Shown: piece by piece, positions 1 to 9,340 of the stretch
Layout of the letters: each line of letters opens with the position of its first letter
How positions within the stretch are numbered: position 1 is the stretch's first letter
Source of the DNA: Promethearchaeota archaeon
GTDB taxonomy: Archaea; Asgardarchaeota; Lokiarchaeia; Sigyniarchaeales; SOKP01
Assembly: GCA_030603385.1 (NCBI GenBank)
Contig: JAUVXW010000036.1
Coordinates: 1 to 46,498, forward strand
Length of the DNA stretch: 46,498 bases
Direction of reading: 5' to 3'
The notes under the pieces: model-generated
The model's database searches: none
What the model saw: the letters and a program-made list of their open reading frames with translations, nothing else
What the model was told of the DNA's origin: nothing
Made by a program: the position numbers and the translations under genes

Positions 1-273
1 ATAAAAATAAAAATAGTTGAAATCCCTTGGAGATCAAAGGAAGGGAGAGTAAAGGATATGATGATTAGAAAGGCTAAAACAATGGGAGCAAACGCAATTA
101 TAAATTTTATTAATAGGGGACAGGGATTTTGGGCCATAAGAACTACTTATTCAAGGCTCGCGGTTATTGCAGAAGATATCAGAAAATATTGGCAAGGACA
201 AAAATGTAGTTATTGTGGTAAGCGGATAAAGGTTACCGATTATTTCTGTGGATCTTGTGGTTCTAAACAATAA
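1..273 (+). CDS. Partial (5'-truncated) YbjQ/heavy-metal-binding-like protein with C-terminal zinc ribbon
   Basis: Frame is open from base 1. It has a 'KAKTMGANAII' motif (YbjQ-like GANAI) and a C-terminal CSYC...CGSC zinc ribbon. Confidence 0.55.
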   Translation: MKIKIVEIPWRSKEGRVKDMMIRKAKTMGANAIINFINRGQGFWAIRTTYSRLAVIAEDIRKYWQGQKCSYCGKRIKVTDYFCGSCGSKQ

Positions 274-296
274 TTTTTTTTCTTGAATTTTGAAAA

Positions 297-530
297 TTAT
301 CGGTTCCTTTCACATCTGAGTTCACTCAACCCTTTCAATTCAGAAATATTGTTCCCACTTAAATCTAAATACTGAAGGTCTCTAAGCTCTAAGAGCCCCT
401 CAACTTCATCGATGCTATTAATTCCCAGATCTCGAAGTTGTAAATACTTTAATTGAACTCTCTCAGAACCATAACGCTGATAAATTGTAGAAACTTCAAA
501 TTTTTTGCCCTTGTAAATAACACCACTCAT
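297..530 (-). pseudogene. Truncated leucine-rich repeat protein
   Basis: From ATG 530 it reads LQLRDLGINSIDEVEGL / LQYLDLSGNNISELKGL, two LRR units, then stops abruptly (LRCERNR*). Confidence 0.55.
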
Positions 531-652
531 ACATATTATATGGAAAACCACAAATTTAAACTTTTTCACTCTCTAGGTTTATTAATTTGCCCAAACCTTT
601 TTTAATTATAAAATTTTTTCTTTAAATAGATTTGCTTGAATAATTAAAAGAC

Positions 653-1225
653 ATGCCAGTAATCAATAAACTAATATCAAGATTTAAAAAGTTAAAAACT
701 TCAAGAAAAGTCAGCATAGCATTATTCAGCGCCTTCATTATTTTCGCTCAAATTACCTCCATTCTCTGTGCCATTAGTATCCTCAATTTCTCCCAATTAC
801 TTTCCAACATAAAGATCCCCTCTGGATATACATACCTAAATTTAGACATCTATACACCTGAGGATATGGCTGTAGAGGTTCCATATGAAATAAAGAATCC
901 AGGTATCTATGACTTGACTAATATTAAAATTAGCTTAGCTCTTCGACTGAATTATATAAATGCATCTAACCATGCGAATATTACTTCACTAATCTTCTCA
1001 AAAATAAGCTTAATAGGACGTTGTAAGGCTTTCTCTAAATTAATTGACTATTTTAATGGTACGTTTGCTGACTTTATCATTCCACCTCTAATAGATTTCT
1101 TTGATAATGCTGATGAGTTTGAAATGGTAAATTACCTAATAGATATCGAATTTAACGCTGAATACTTTTACGGATTAATAAAGTTTCATTTTGCGGAGTA
1201 TAATCTAAATCTATTTGAAATATAA
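653..1225 (+). CDS. Membrane-anchored hypothetical protein (possible LEA_2/WHy-like beta domain)
   Basis: N-terminal basic region plus one TM helix, then a 'VPYEIKNPGIYDL' beta-rich domain. Confidence 0.6.
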   Translation: MPVINKLISRFKKLKTSRKVSIALFSAFIIFAQITSILCAISILNFSQLLSNIKIPSGYTYLNLDIYTPEDMAVEVPYEIKNPGIYDLTNIKISLALRLNYINASNHANITSLIFSKISLIGRCKAFSKLIDYFNGTFADFIIPPLIDFFDNADEFEMVNYLIDIEFNAEYFYGLIKFHFAEYNLNLFEI

Positions 1226-1745
1226 AAAGGTGGGTGAAATTAAATTAAACTTTAGTAAAAATAATATTATACAAATAGTTCTTACCAGTCTTACCTTCAT
1301 TCTTACAATAATTCTTCCTATATTCGGTTATTTTCAGTTTAATATATCAAATGAAAAATATTTAGAAAATTTTCAAGAAAGATATAATCTCGTGTTTATC
1401 GGAACCATTATAAGCGGAGTCATTCTAACTTTCCTTAGATTTTATATGTATCGTTTTTCTCAATATACAATAAAACGCGGATTTTTAAATCTATTAAACT
1501 CGATTTTTTTCGTCTTATTTTTAAGTATAACCGCCCAACTAGGGAAAATCAATATTAAAATGGAAAACTTTAACCTAGATTTAAACTTAATAGGAGTCTT
1601 TGTATTTCTTATTATTGTATGGTCTCTATTTATAATTAAAAATTTGTATGACCTTTACGACTTCAAAAAAAACCGGATATATTATGAAACTCTCGTTAGA
1701 AGCAAAAAGGTTTTGAGCAAATCAACACCGAAACGCAACCCATAA
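1215..1745 (+). CDS. Four-TM hypothetical membrane protein
   Basis: Four hydrophobic segments. It overlaps the upstream gene by 11 nt, suggesting translational coupling. Confidence 0.7.
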   Translation: MKYKKVGEIKLNFSKNNIIQIVLTSLTFILTIILPIFGYFQFNISNEKYLENFQERYNLVFIGTIISGVILTFLRFYMYRFSQYTIKRGFLNLLNSIFFVLFLSITAQLGKINIKMENFNLDLNLIGVFVFLIIVWSLFIIKNLYDLYDFKKNRIYYETLVRSKKVLSKSTPKRNP

Positions 1746-1825
1746 TATTTTTTTAAAGTCGATCTACGCACATTTTCGATCGATATTTTTGGTAGTAACT
1801 GTTTTTTATCTATTTAATAAAATCA

Positions 1826-1964
1826 ATACACATTAATACACAACTTAATAAACCATACCTAGAAGTGCTCTTCTCACTATCTATACATTTTTAATATCAA
1901 TTTATACACAACAAAAACACAACATTTAAATATGATACACACTAATTGTGTATTAAGAAACACT
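1826..1964 (+). promoter_or_regulatory. Putative promoter (TATA TTTAAATA 1925-1932) with ATACACA repeat array and palindrome ATACACA-ctaat-TGTGTAT (1935-1953)
   Basis: ATACACA occurs at 1826, 1836, 1904 and 1935, AAACACA at 1915 and AAACACT at 1958. An inverted copy lies at 1947-1953, just downstream of the TATA box. Confidence 0.6.
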
Positions 1965-2171
1965 AAAAAAAAAGATGATAAAAAAAAATGAATAAAAAAA
2001 GATTGGACTGGAAGGAGTTAATAATTATCAAAAATATGTACTACGTTCAAAGATTTTAATAACTACAAATTTTTTTCTATTTTTTATTTATATTCACGAT
2101 AATCAAAATTATGGAATTATTACTCACAAAAAACAAAAAACAAAAAATAATAATAAAATTGGAGGTAAAAT

Positions 2172-2276
2172 ATGATGAAAATGAAAATAACGAATGGTTA
2201 TGAAGATTTAGAGTATGTAAAAAGCAAGATATCTTCCCAATTATTATTTAGGGATAGTATTTTATTTTTATATTAA
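2172..2276 (+). CDS. Putative 34-aa upstream mini-ORF (MMKMKITNGYEDLEYVKSKISSQLLFRDSILFLY)
   Basis: A strong GGAGGT SD at 2161-2166 precedes ATG 2172. Stop is TAA 2274-2276. Confidence 0.35.
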   Translation: MMKMKITNGYEDLEYVKSKISSQLLFRDSILFLY

Positions 2277-2325
2277 AAATCAAAACAAGATTTTTTTTTA
2301 TTTAAAAAATAGGAGGCAAAAAATA

Positions 2326-3015
2326 ATGAAAATTTCTGGATCAGGAAGGCTTTCTGAGGGAATAATTAATGATGAATTACGTGTTTCAGGCTCAGCTAGA
2401 ATCGACGGGAATTTTGAATGTAATGGATTTCGGTCTTCTGGTTCTTTAAGGGGTTCGGGAAATTTGACTGTTCATGGAGATGTTAGGAGTTCTGGATCAT
2501 TTAGACTTATTGGATCTCTTTATGGAGATGGTAATGCAAGATCATCTGGCTCAGCGTCAGTAGGAGGGGAGCTTCTAATAAGGGGCGCACTAGTAAGTTC
2601 AGGTTCTTTAAAAGTAGGTAAGAAAGTTGAGGCCCTTGAAGGTATTAGATCATCAGGCTCAGCAAGAATTCAAGGAGATATTTTTTCCCAAAAAAGAATT
2701 GATATTGAGGGTTCGGCTACGATTGATGGAAATATCAAGGGAGATGATATTTTTATCGGAACGAACCTATTACGGGTTAGAAGGTTAATTAAACAGCGAT
2801 TTAAAGTACATGGCAGCCTTTTCGCAACAAGTAAAGTTGATATTACCGGAACATATGTCGCTGGAGATGTGAGAGGACGAGATGTGATAATTGGTCGGGG
2901 AACGGAGATCTTAGGCGCAGTTTATTACATTGACAGTATAGAAGTCCATAGACAAGCTACTTTATCTAATGAACCTATTCAAATTGAGGTAGAAGAAAAA
3001 CAATATAAAGATTAA
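2326..3015 (+). CDS. Bactofilin-like polymer-forming cytoskeletal protein (YhbE/YhbF-type beta-helix)
   Basis: Repeated 'xSSGSxxIxGxL' beta-helix rungs, an MKISGSG start, a C-terminal 'VRGRDVIIGRGTEI' and SD AGGAGG at 2311. Confidence 0.8.
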   Translation: MKISGSGRLSEGIINDELRVSGSARIDGNFECNGFRSSGSLRGSGNLTVHGDVRSSGSFRLIGSLYGDGNARSSGSASVGGELLIRGALVSSGSLKVGKKVEALEGIRSSGSARIQGDIFSQKRIDIEGSATIDGNIKGDDIFIGTNLLRVRRLIKQRFKVHGSLFATSKVDITGTYVAGDVRGRDVIIGRGTEILGAVYYIDSIEVHRQATLSNEPIQIEVEEKQYKD

Positions 3016-3041
3016 TTATAAAATAAGAAGGAGGGATTAAA

Positions 3042-3977
3042 GTGTCAAATGAAAAAGAAAGAAATGAAGAAAATGAAGATTATGAGGGAGACGCTGAGAA
3101 GATAAAATGGGAGTTAAATGAGATCCGAGATGATCTTATGGATGAATTAGATGATTTGCATGACGGATTTCGAGATGAGATTGAAGATTTAATTGATGAA
3201 AGCGAGGAAGTAAAAGATGAATTAAAAGAGGAATTAGAAGAACTTGAGGACGAGAGAGAATCTTTGTTGAACGAAATTGGAGATGTAAGGGAAGGATTAG
3301 AAGATTTAGGAGATAATGCAAAGGAAAGGATTGAAAAAACCAAAGAGAAGCTCGAAAATTTAACAGAAAAGGTTCATAAATATGAAAATAAGTTAAGAGA
3401 AAAAGTAAGAAAAAAGCTCGAAAAAGCAAGAAAAAAAGCAGTTAAGCGAATAAATATTTCTGTCGATCCTGAGATGAGTGACGAATGGAAAGATTGGGCA
3501 GAAGGACTAGGTGCTTCAGTTTCAGAATTGGTTAGAAAATCAATGAAATTTGTTAAGAATAACATTGGTGATATAGCAAAACTAGAGCAGTGGGGGCGTA
3601 AAATGGAAAAAATGGGAGAAAAGATTGAAAAATCAGTAAAAGAATCAGGAATAGAAGAGTTAGGTGAGAAAATTGAAGCTCAATTTGGGAAAGGAAAAAT
3701 TAAACCTAAAATAAAAGTGCACGTTGAACAAACGGCAGATAAAGAGAAAATAAAGAAACGTATTCAGGGATTAATTACGCTTAATCAAAAATCAAAATCA
3801 ATTCCAATTGATAAATTAGCCCAAGCACTAAGAATCTCCAAAGATGAGGCAGAAAATATTATTTATGAATTAGCCGGAGGAGATATTAAGGGTGAATTGG
3901 AAGAAGGAGTGTTTAGATTTACAAATCCTACTGAAGAAGTTATTCAAAAGCTTTTTGAAATGATAGATAATATGTAA
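3042..3977 (+). CDS. Coiled-coil + ribbon-helix-helix + C-terminal winged-helix (PCI-like) DNA-binding protein
   Basis: Acidic heptad N-terminus. RHH 'KRINISVDPEMSDEWKDWAEGLGASVSELVRKSM'. wHTH 'IPIDKLAQALRISKDEAENIIYELAGGDIKGEL'. Confidence 0.7.
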   Translation: MSNEKERNEENEDYEGDAEKIKWELNEIRDDLMDELDDLHDGFRDEIEDLIDESEEVKDELKEELEELEDERESLLNEIGDVREGLEDLGDNAKERIEKTKEKLENLTEKVHKYENKLREKVRKKLEKARKKAVKRINISVDPEMSDEWKDWAEGLGASVSELVRKSMKFVKNNIGDIAKLEQWGRKMEKMGEKIEKSVKESGIEELGEKIEAQFGKGKIKPKIKVHVEQTADKEKIKKRIQGLITLNQKSKSIPIDKLAQALRISKDEAENIIYELAGGDIKGELEEGVFRFTNPTEEVIQKLFEMIDNM

Positions 3978-4006
3978 AAAGTATTTAAAATAAGGAAATT
4001 AGGATA

Positions 4007-5272
4007 TTGATGGAAGAATTCGCAAATAATAAGACGTTTAAATCGTATTTAGTGTTTTGGAGCGGGCAATTATTTTCTTTGCTTGGTTCAATGGTAGTTT
4101 TTTTTGTACTAATGTATTGGATTGCGGATGTTTTTAGAGATCCCATGTTGCTCGCCCTGGCTTCATTTTTATTTATACTGGTGATGACAATTTGTATGCC
4201 AATAGCGGGAGTCTTAGCCGATAGAGTTAATCGAAAAATGCTGATTGTAGTTGTAGATTCATTGCAAGCTTTTGCAACATTTATATTAATCCTAATATTT
4301 CAATTTGGAGTTGTAAATATTTGGATTGTATATATATTTATCAGTCTTCGCAGTATGTTTCAAGCATTTCATACACCAACTGTGAATGCAATTATTCCTT
4401 CGATGGTTCCAAAAGACAAATTATCACGGATCAACGGAGTTAACTTCTTATTTACAGGTGTTGTTCAACTTCTTGCGCCGTTTTTAGGTGCCACATTATT
4501 ATTATTAATGCCAGTATACATGATTCTCTGGGTAGACGTCATCACGTTCTTTATAGCATTGATACCGCTGTTAATGATAAGCATACCTTCAGTTAAAGAT
4601 ATAAGCAAAGCAATGAATCAAAATGAACCCATTGAAAAACGATCATTTATGCTAGATTTTAAACTTGGACTAAAAACATTGAAAATTATACCTGGACTTA
4701 TGATAATAATAATTTTATCGATGCTACTTAACTTCTTATTAAGACCTTTAGATACACTTATGCCATTATTTATCATTGAAGATCATGGAGGAACAGTGGG
4801 ACATTTAGCATTTGTACAAATGACTTTTACAGGTGGCATAATTCTTGGTGCGATAGTGACTTTAGTAAAGAAAAATTGGAATAATAAGATTAGAATTATT
4901 TTTATTACCATAGTCATTGCATTGATGGGATATTTAATCTTCTCGATTGCTCCTAAAGGTTCATTTATCATATTAGGATTAGGCGGTGCTATCTTAGGTT
5001 TCAATTTACCTATAATGAACTCCCTTTATCAAACGTTTGTACAAACTACTGTGCCATACGATAAAATAGGGAAAGTATCTTCTATTGATCATGCGTTGTC
5101 TTCAGCAATATCACCAATCGGCTCATTGATTTCAGGACCGTTAGCCTTGCTATTAGGCATTCCCCTACTACTTTTCCTATGTGCACTGATTGGTATTCTA
5201 TTGACAATTGGTATTTGGAGTTTTACAGGCATTAGGAAAGTAGATATGGATAGTAAGAGCGCATTCGAATAA
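4007..5272 (+). CDS. MFS transporter (MefA/DHA3-like efflux family)
   Basis: 12 TM helices, 'WSGQLFSLLGS', motif A 'AGVLADRVNRK' and 'AFHTPTVNAIIPSMV'. Confidence 0.9.
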   Translation: MMEEFANNKTFKSYLVFWSGQLFSLLGSMVVFFVLMYWIADVFRDPMLLALASFLFILVMTICMPIAGVLADRVNRKMLIVVVDSLQAFATFILILIFQFGVVNIWIVYIFISLRSMFQAFHTPTVNAIIPSMVPKDKLSRINGVNFLFTGVVQLLAPFLGATLLLLMPVYMILWVDVITFFIALIPLLMISIPSVKDISKAMNQNEPIEKRSFMLDFKLGLKTLKIIPGLMIIIILSMLLNFLLRPLDTLMPLFIIEDHGGTVGHLAFVQMTFTGGIILGAIVTLVKKNWNNKIRIIFITIVIALMGYLIFSIAPKGSFIILGLGGAILGFNLPIMNSLYQTFVQTTVPYDKIGKVSSIDHALSSAISPIGSLISGPLALLLGIPLLLFLCALIGILLTIGIWSFTGIRKVDMDSKSAFE

Positions 5273-5304
5273 ATTAATGGTAAAATCGAGAGTATAAGTG
5301 TTCG

Positions 5305-5400
5305 ATTTGGACTCTTACAAATATTAGGAAAGTAGATTTTGATAATGTTACGGAAAATAGAGAAAAAATAAATGAAAAAATAAATAGTACAATTAATTAA
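5305..5400 (+). pseudogene. Remnant 3' end of a paralogous MFS gene
   Basis: Encodes IWTLTNIRKVDFDNVTENREKINEKINSTIN*, matching the upstream gene's IWSFTGIRKVDMDSKSAFE*INGKIESIS. The DNA attaggaaagtagat is shared. Confidence 0.7.
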
Positions 5401-5414
5401 TTCGAATTAAAATT

Positions 5415-6242
5415 TTATTTGTTCTTATAAAAATTCAACCACGTATTTACGGTCATATTTTTGCGCCCTTCATCAGGTTCTCCAAAAACATCTGGAACAG
5501 AAACTTTTGCTGCATCAAGATTGTCATTTATTGCATCTTTTATTATATTCCTTAGATCTTTGTAAAACTTAATATGCCTTTCTAATGAGTCTGCTCCTTT
5601 TAAAATTGGTCCATGCCCAGGAATATAGATGTCTGCCTTAATATTCTTCATTTTTTCTAATGCTTCAATCAGAAGTTCAGGGTTACAGGTAGGATCTCCA
5701 GCGTAAGGAAATGTATTCTCAAATATCAAATCACCTGTAAAAGCAACTTTCTCATGTGGAAAGGAGATGAAGCTGGAACCAGCAGTATGTCCTCCTGTGT
5801 GGAAAATCTCTATATATAAATCGTCATCTTGGATGATTAATTTATCTGTAAATAGAAGAGTAGGAACGATATACTCAATACCTTCGCTAATTGGACCTTC
5901 CTTAGCCAAATCCTTAATAAAAACTTGATAACGAGATTTAGTTTCGCTATTCAACATAATCTTTGAAGTCAATTCACTACTTAAAACACACACGTCTTTA
6001 AAGGGTTTAATTCCAAAAATGTGATCTCCATGATAATGAGTTATCACTAAATATTCAACTGGAATACCAAATTTATTCTCTAGATTCTTGCGTAAGATCT
6101 CTCCAGTTTTTACATACATAGTACTATCTATTGCAATACAGAAATTTCGTAAGGCAATCCCTCCTGCATTACCACGACCCTCTCCTGTAGTATTAGCTAC
6201 TGTATGAGGTGTGATAGATTCTAAATCATATGAAATATTCAT
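5415..6242 (-). CDS. Metallo-beta-lactamase fold hydrolase (cyclase-like)
   Basis: THYHGDH, GGHTAG, FTGDL and PGHG motifs. Confidence 0.9.
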   Translation of the reverse strand: MNISYDLESITPHTVANTTGEGRGNAGGIALRNFCIAIDSTMYVKTGEILRKNLENKFGIPVEYLVITHYHGDHIFGIKPFKDVCVLSSELTSKIMLNSETKSRYQVFIKDLAKEGPISEGIEYIVPTLLFTDKLIIQDDDLYIEIFHTGGHTAGSSFISFPHEKVAFTGDLIFENTFPYAGDPTCNPELLIEALEKMKNIKADIYIPGHGPILKGADSLERHIKFYKDLRNIIKDAINDNLDAAKVSVPDVFGEPDEGRKNMTVNTWLNFYKNK

Positions 6243-6311
6243 AAAATTTCAACTTAGAAGTTTTAAGTTCTAAAAATTATTTAATATTATATATTTTTTC
6301 TATTACTCGTC

Positions 6312-6824
6312 TTATGATGTGGATTTATTATCATTTTTACGAATCCACTTTAAAATAGTTTTAGATTTTTTTGGAAAAATATTTTTTATTACATCTATTG
6401 CGGTTTTTCTCACAATAGGATTGTCATCTGAAAGAATACAACTCTCAAGAGTATTAAAGACAAAATCATTTTTTAGCTCCAATACTTTAAAAGCCTGAAT
6501 GCTAATTCTACGAGTATCAATATCATCGCTGTTTTCTATAAAATAAATTAAAAGTTCTGTTGCTTCCAAATTATTCATTTGTTTAGTAGTGACATAGTCA
6601 TAAATCTTTGCTACTGTCAAATCTTTATTCATAAAATCAAGAGCATCTTGGTAAAGCACATCTAACTTATTTAATGAAACTTCAATTTCAGATGATTTTC
6701 TCAGATCAAAGGGACAATCATGATTTTCAGGTATTCGATGTTTACTACAGAATATCATTCCGCAAAATGTACATCTATATGGTATATCATCTATCTTTTC
6801 ATTACAAAAATAGCAGATTGACAA
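6312..6824 (-). CDS. AN1-type zinc finger + HEAT repeat protein
   Basis: CYFC...CTFCGMIFCSKHRIPENHDC (AN1) and a C-terminal 'SDDNPIVRKTA' HEAT motif. Confidence 0.8.
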   Translation of the reverse strand: MSICYFCNEKIDDIPYRCTFCGMIFCSKHRIPENHDCPFDLRKSSEIEVSLNKLDVLYQDALDFMNKDLTVAKIYDYVTTKQMNNLEATELLIYFIENSDDIDTRRISIQAFKVLELKNDFVFNTLESCILSDDNPIVRKTAIDVIKNIFPKKSKTILKWIRKNDNKSTS

Positions 6825-6897
6825 GGTTAATGAATTATATTTTACTAATTTTACTAGGTATTAATTTGATTTTATTGATTTAAACTCTTCTGATAGT

Positions 6898-9297
6898 TTA
6901 TAAATTATATTCGAGTCTATTAATAATATCATTTTGTATTGGAGTTCCAAGATCTACAAACGTAGCGTTATAACCTCCAACTTTTACTATTAAGTCCAGA
7001 TATTTTTCAGGATGTTGCTGGGCATCTCTAAGGGTTTCAGTAGAAACAACATTAAATTGAAGTTGCATTCCACCTGATTTAAAATAACCCTTTAAGAGGT
7101 AGTATAATTTTTCTAAATTTTCATCTCCTTCAAGATTTTGGGGATGTAATCTTACATTAACCGCAACTCCATTAGTAGCAAGTTCATAATTTAATTTTGC
7201 AATTGAATTTAATGTAGCAGTAAGACCATTTTTCTCAACTCTGTTAACTGGAGAGAGACTGTTTGATAACGGTTGTGTGGCTTTCCTACCATCAGCAGAA
7301 GCTCTCGTAAAAAGTCCTTCAATAACGTGTACTCCCATGGAATAAGCTCCTGGATTATAATGACCATCTCGCATACATTTATGATTCACTACTTCAGAAC
7401 AAAATAAGTTCCATAGATCATTCGCTAATTTATCTATTTCTTCTATATCATTTCCCCATTTATCATATTTGTTTATTAATCTCTGTCTGAGTTCTTCATG
7501 TTTATCGAAATTAGAATTTAAGATTTGAATTAAATCAGGAAGTGATATCAATTTTTCTTCATAGACTGTCATTTTAATATTATATAATGAATCTACAAAA
7601 GTAGCAAAACCATAAGCAGTGATGGAAGAGAAGTTATATTTTGCCCCTCCGGCAGTATAATCCTTACCTTTTTCTATACACCCATCAATTATAGCTGAAA
7701 CAAATGGTTGTGGAAAAAATTTCATTGTCTCTTCATCTCCAATTTGTGCAATTTTAACTGATTTTTCAATGTTAATACGTAATTGACGAGTTAAGGCATT
7801 GTAAAACTCATTATAAGTTGTAAAGTTAATAGGATCTCCTGTTTCCAACCCACTTATACGTTGTGTTAGATTACAATATCCATTATTTAAAGTTAGTTCA
7901 AGAACACCTGGTAAATTGATAAAGATTCGACCTGTAGCTGCGAATGTATTTCCTTGGCTCGAAGGTTCCACACACCCTATTATTGCATAGTCCCGAGCAT
8001 CCTCTATAGTATATCCCGTTTTTATCATTGCAGGAATAATAATATCATCATTATAGAAAGCAATTCCAGAGGTAGATTGAAAAACTTTTAACGCATTCTT
8101 TAAAAATATTTCTGGAGATTTCTTATGAACCCTTATGGAGAGGTCTGTGGTAAATGCTTTAATATTCTTATAAGCTTCAAGAAATAGATATGAAACTTCA
8201 TTTGTAACATCTTTTCCATCTTTATCTACACCTGATATAGTTATTGTCTGTGTATTTTGTCCAAGCGCATTTGCGACTGTAGTATAATCTGTTGGTAATA
8301 ATGTTACATTCCAAGTTAATTTGAGATTTAACTCTTCAATTAGTTCTAAAGCAAAATCTCTTGTTATCTTCTCTTTTTCTAAGTCATTTTTATAATATGG
8401 CCATAGAATTTGATCTAACCTTCCTAAAGCAACAACACTTCTTTGATATATTATATTTATTATATTTTGAGTAAAATGTATAAGCTGAATTGCCTCATAG
8501 AATGACTCAGCGGTTCCCTTAGTAAAATTATCCATCATCTCTCCAATGCTCTCAAGTTCCTTCTTTCTTAATTTGTCCTTTTCAATGGAAGCCATTTTAA
8601 AAGCAAGTTTTGAATATCTCCTTGAAAAGTGAATAGCCGCATTATAGCAAATTTTTACAGCTTCATAGAAATTAAACATGTCTTGATATTCAATGTCGGT
8701 TTTATTTAGTTTTGACTGGTATGATTCAGCCTCTTTAATAATCTCCTTATAACCTAATTTTAAAAGTTTTTCATATCCTACGCAAATATGACCCTCATTA
8801 GTCCCATTTACTATAGCGATATTAGGTGCTGCTGTACCAATTCTGTTCATTCCTGTAATTAATTTTTCATCATAAACTCTTTGAACAATGATATCGGCCA
8901 ATGCTTTACCCTTCCAAAAGGGAATTAATTCTAATAATTCGTCAACTTCATTATCTCCTATAAAGAAAGGTTGTAATTTTCTCTTTCCATATTTTTTAAT
9001 ACTGCTGCGTTTACTGAAGGATCTATCATACGAGTACAAATCAAGGTTAATTTTTTCACCCAAATTTTTGCTTGTTTCATTTCCAATAAATAATTCGTCT
9101 TCCCTAATGGAAATAGTCATATTATCTAGTGTATGAGCTATAGCTTTAGCTCTCTTTATAATTTCAGGATCCTTCGGAAACTTTCTATAGATTTCTGTGA
9201 AATACTTAATGCGTTCAATGCATAATTCGTATTTACTTGTCAGGAGGTTATTTTTTAATCTGGAGGTTCTTCTAAGACTTTTATCTGAAATCAACAT
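6898..9297 (-). CDS. Glycyl radical enzyme (PFL2/eliminase-like family)
   Basis: 799 aa. Cys loop 'IIGCVEP', 'ALGRLDQ', 'ASADGR' and C-terminal 'QFNVVS..LRDAQQHPEKY.DLIVKVGGY'. Confidence 0.9.
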   Translation of the reverse strand: MLISDKSLRRTSRLKNNLLTSKYELCIERIKYFTEIYRKFPKDPEIIKRAKAIAHTLDNMTISIREDELFIGNETSKNLGEKINLDLYSYDRSFSKRSSIKKYGKRKLQPFFIGDNEVDELLELIPFWKGKALADIIVQRVYDEKLITGMNRIGTAAPNIAIVNGTNEGHICVGYEKLLKLGYKEIIKEAESYQSKLNKTDIEYQDMFNFYEAVKICYNAAIHFSRRYSKLAFKMASIEKDKLRKKELESIGEMMDNFTKGTAESFYEAIQLIHFTQNIINIIYQRSVVALGRLDQILWPYYKNDLEKEKITRDFALELIEELNLKLTWNVTLLPTDYTTVANALGQNTQTITISGVDKDGKDVTNEVSYLFLEAYKNIKAFTTDLSIRVHKKSPEIFLKNALKVFQSTSGIAFYNDDIIIPAMIKTGYTIEDARDYAIIGCVEPSSQGNTFAATGRIFINLPGVLELTLNNGYCNLTQRISGLETGDPINFTTYNEFYNALTRQLRINIEKSVKIAQIGDEETMKFFPQPFVSAIIDGCIEKGKDYTAGGAKYNFSSITAYGFATFVDSLYNIKMTVYEEKLISLPDLIQILNSNFDKHEELRQRLINKYDKWGNDIEEIDKLANDLWNLFCSEVVNHKCMRDGHYNPGAYSMGVHVIEGLFTRASADGRKATQPLSNSLSPVNRVEKNGLTATLNSIAKLNYELATNGVAVNVRLHPQNLEGDENLEKLYYLLKGYFKSGGMQLQFNVVSTETLRDAQQHPEKYLDLIVKVGGYNATFVDLGTPIQNDIINRLEYNL

Positions 9298-9340
9298 TTA
9301 TTATCAGGAAAGATTGAATGTTTTTTTTCTGACTGATATA

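Noticed and set aside
3080-3565. Antisense ORFs over the coiled-coil gene, and similar short shadow ORFs elsewhere (e.g. 23926-24378, 30030-30425, 36263-36676, 41431-41898)
   Set aside because: They overlap well-supported genes and have low-complexity mirror composition with no motifs.
6898-9297. Alkyl/benzylsuccinate synthase or true PFL
   Set aside because: The Cys loop is GCVEP, not the fumarate-adding type or the PFL CC, and no small subunits are adjacent.
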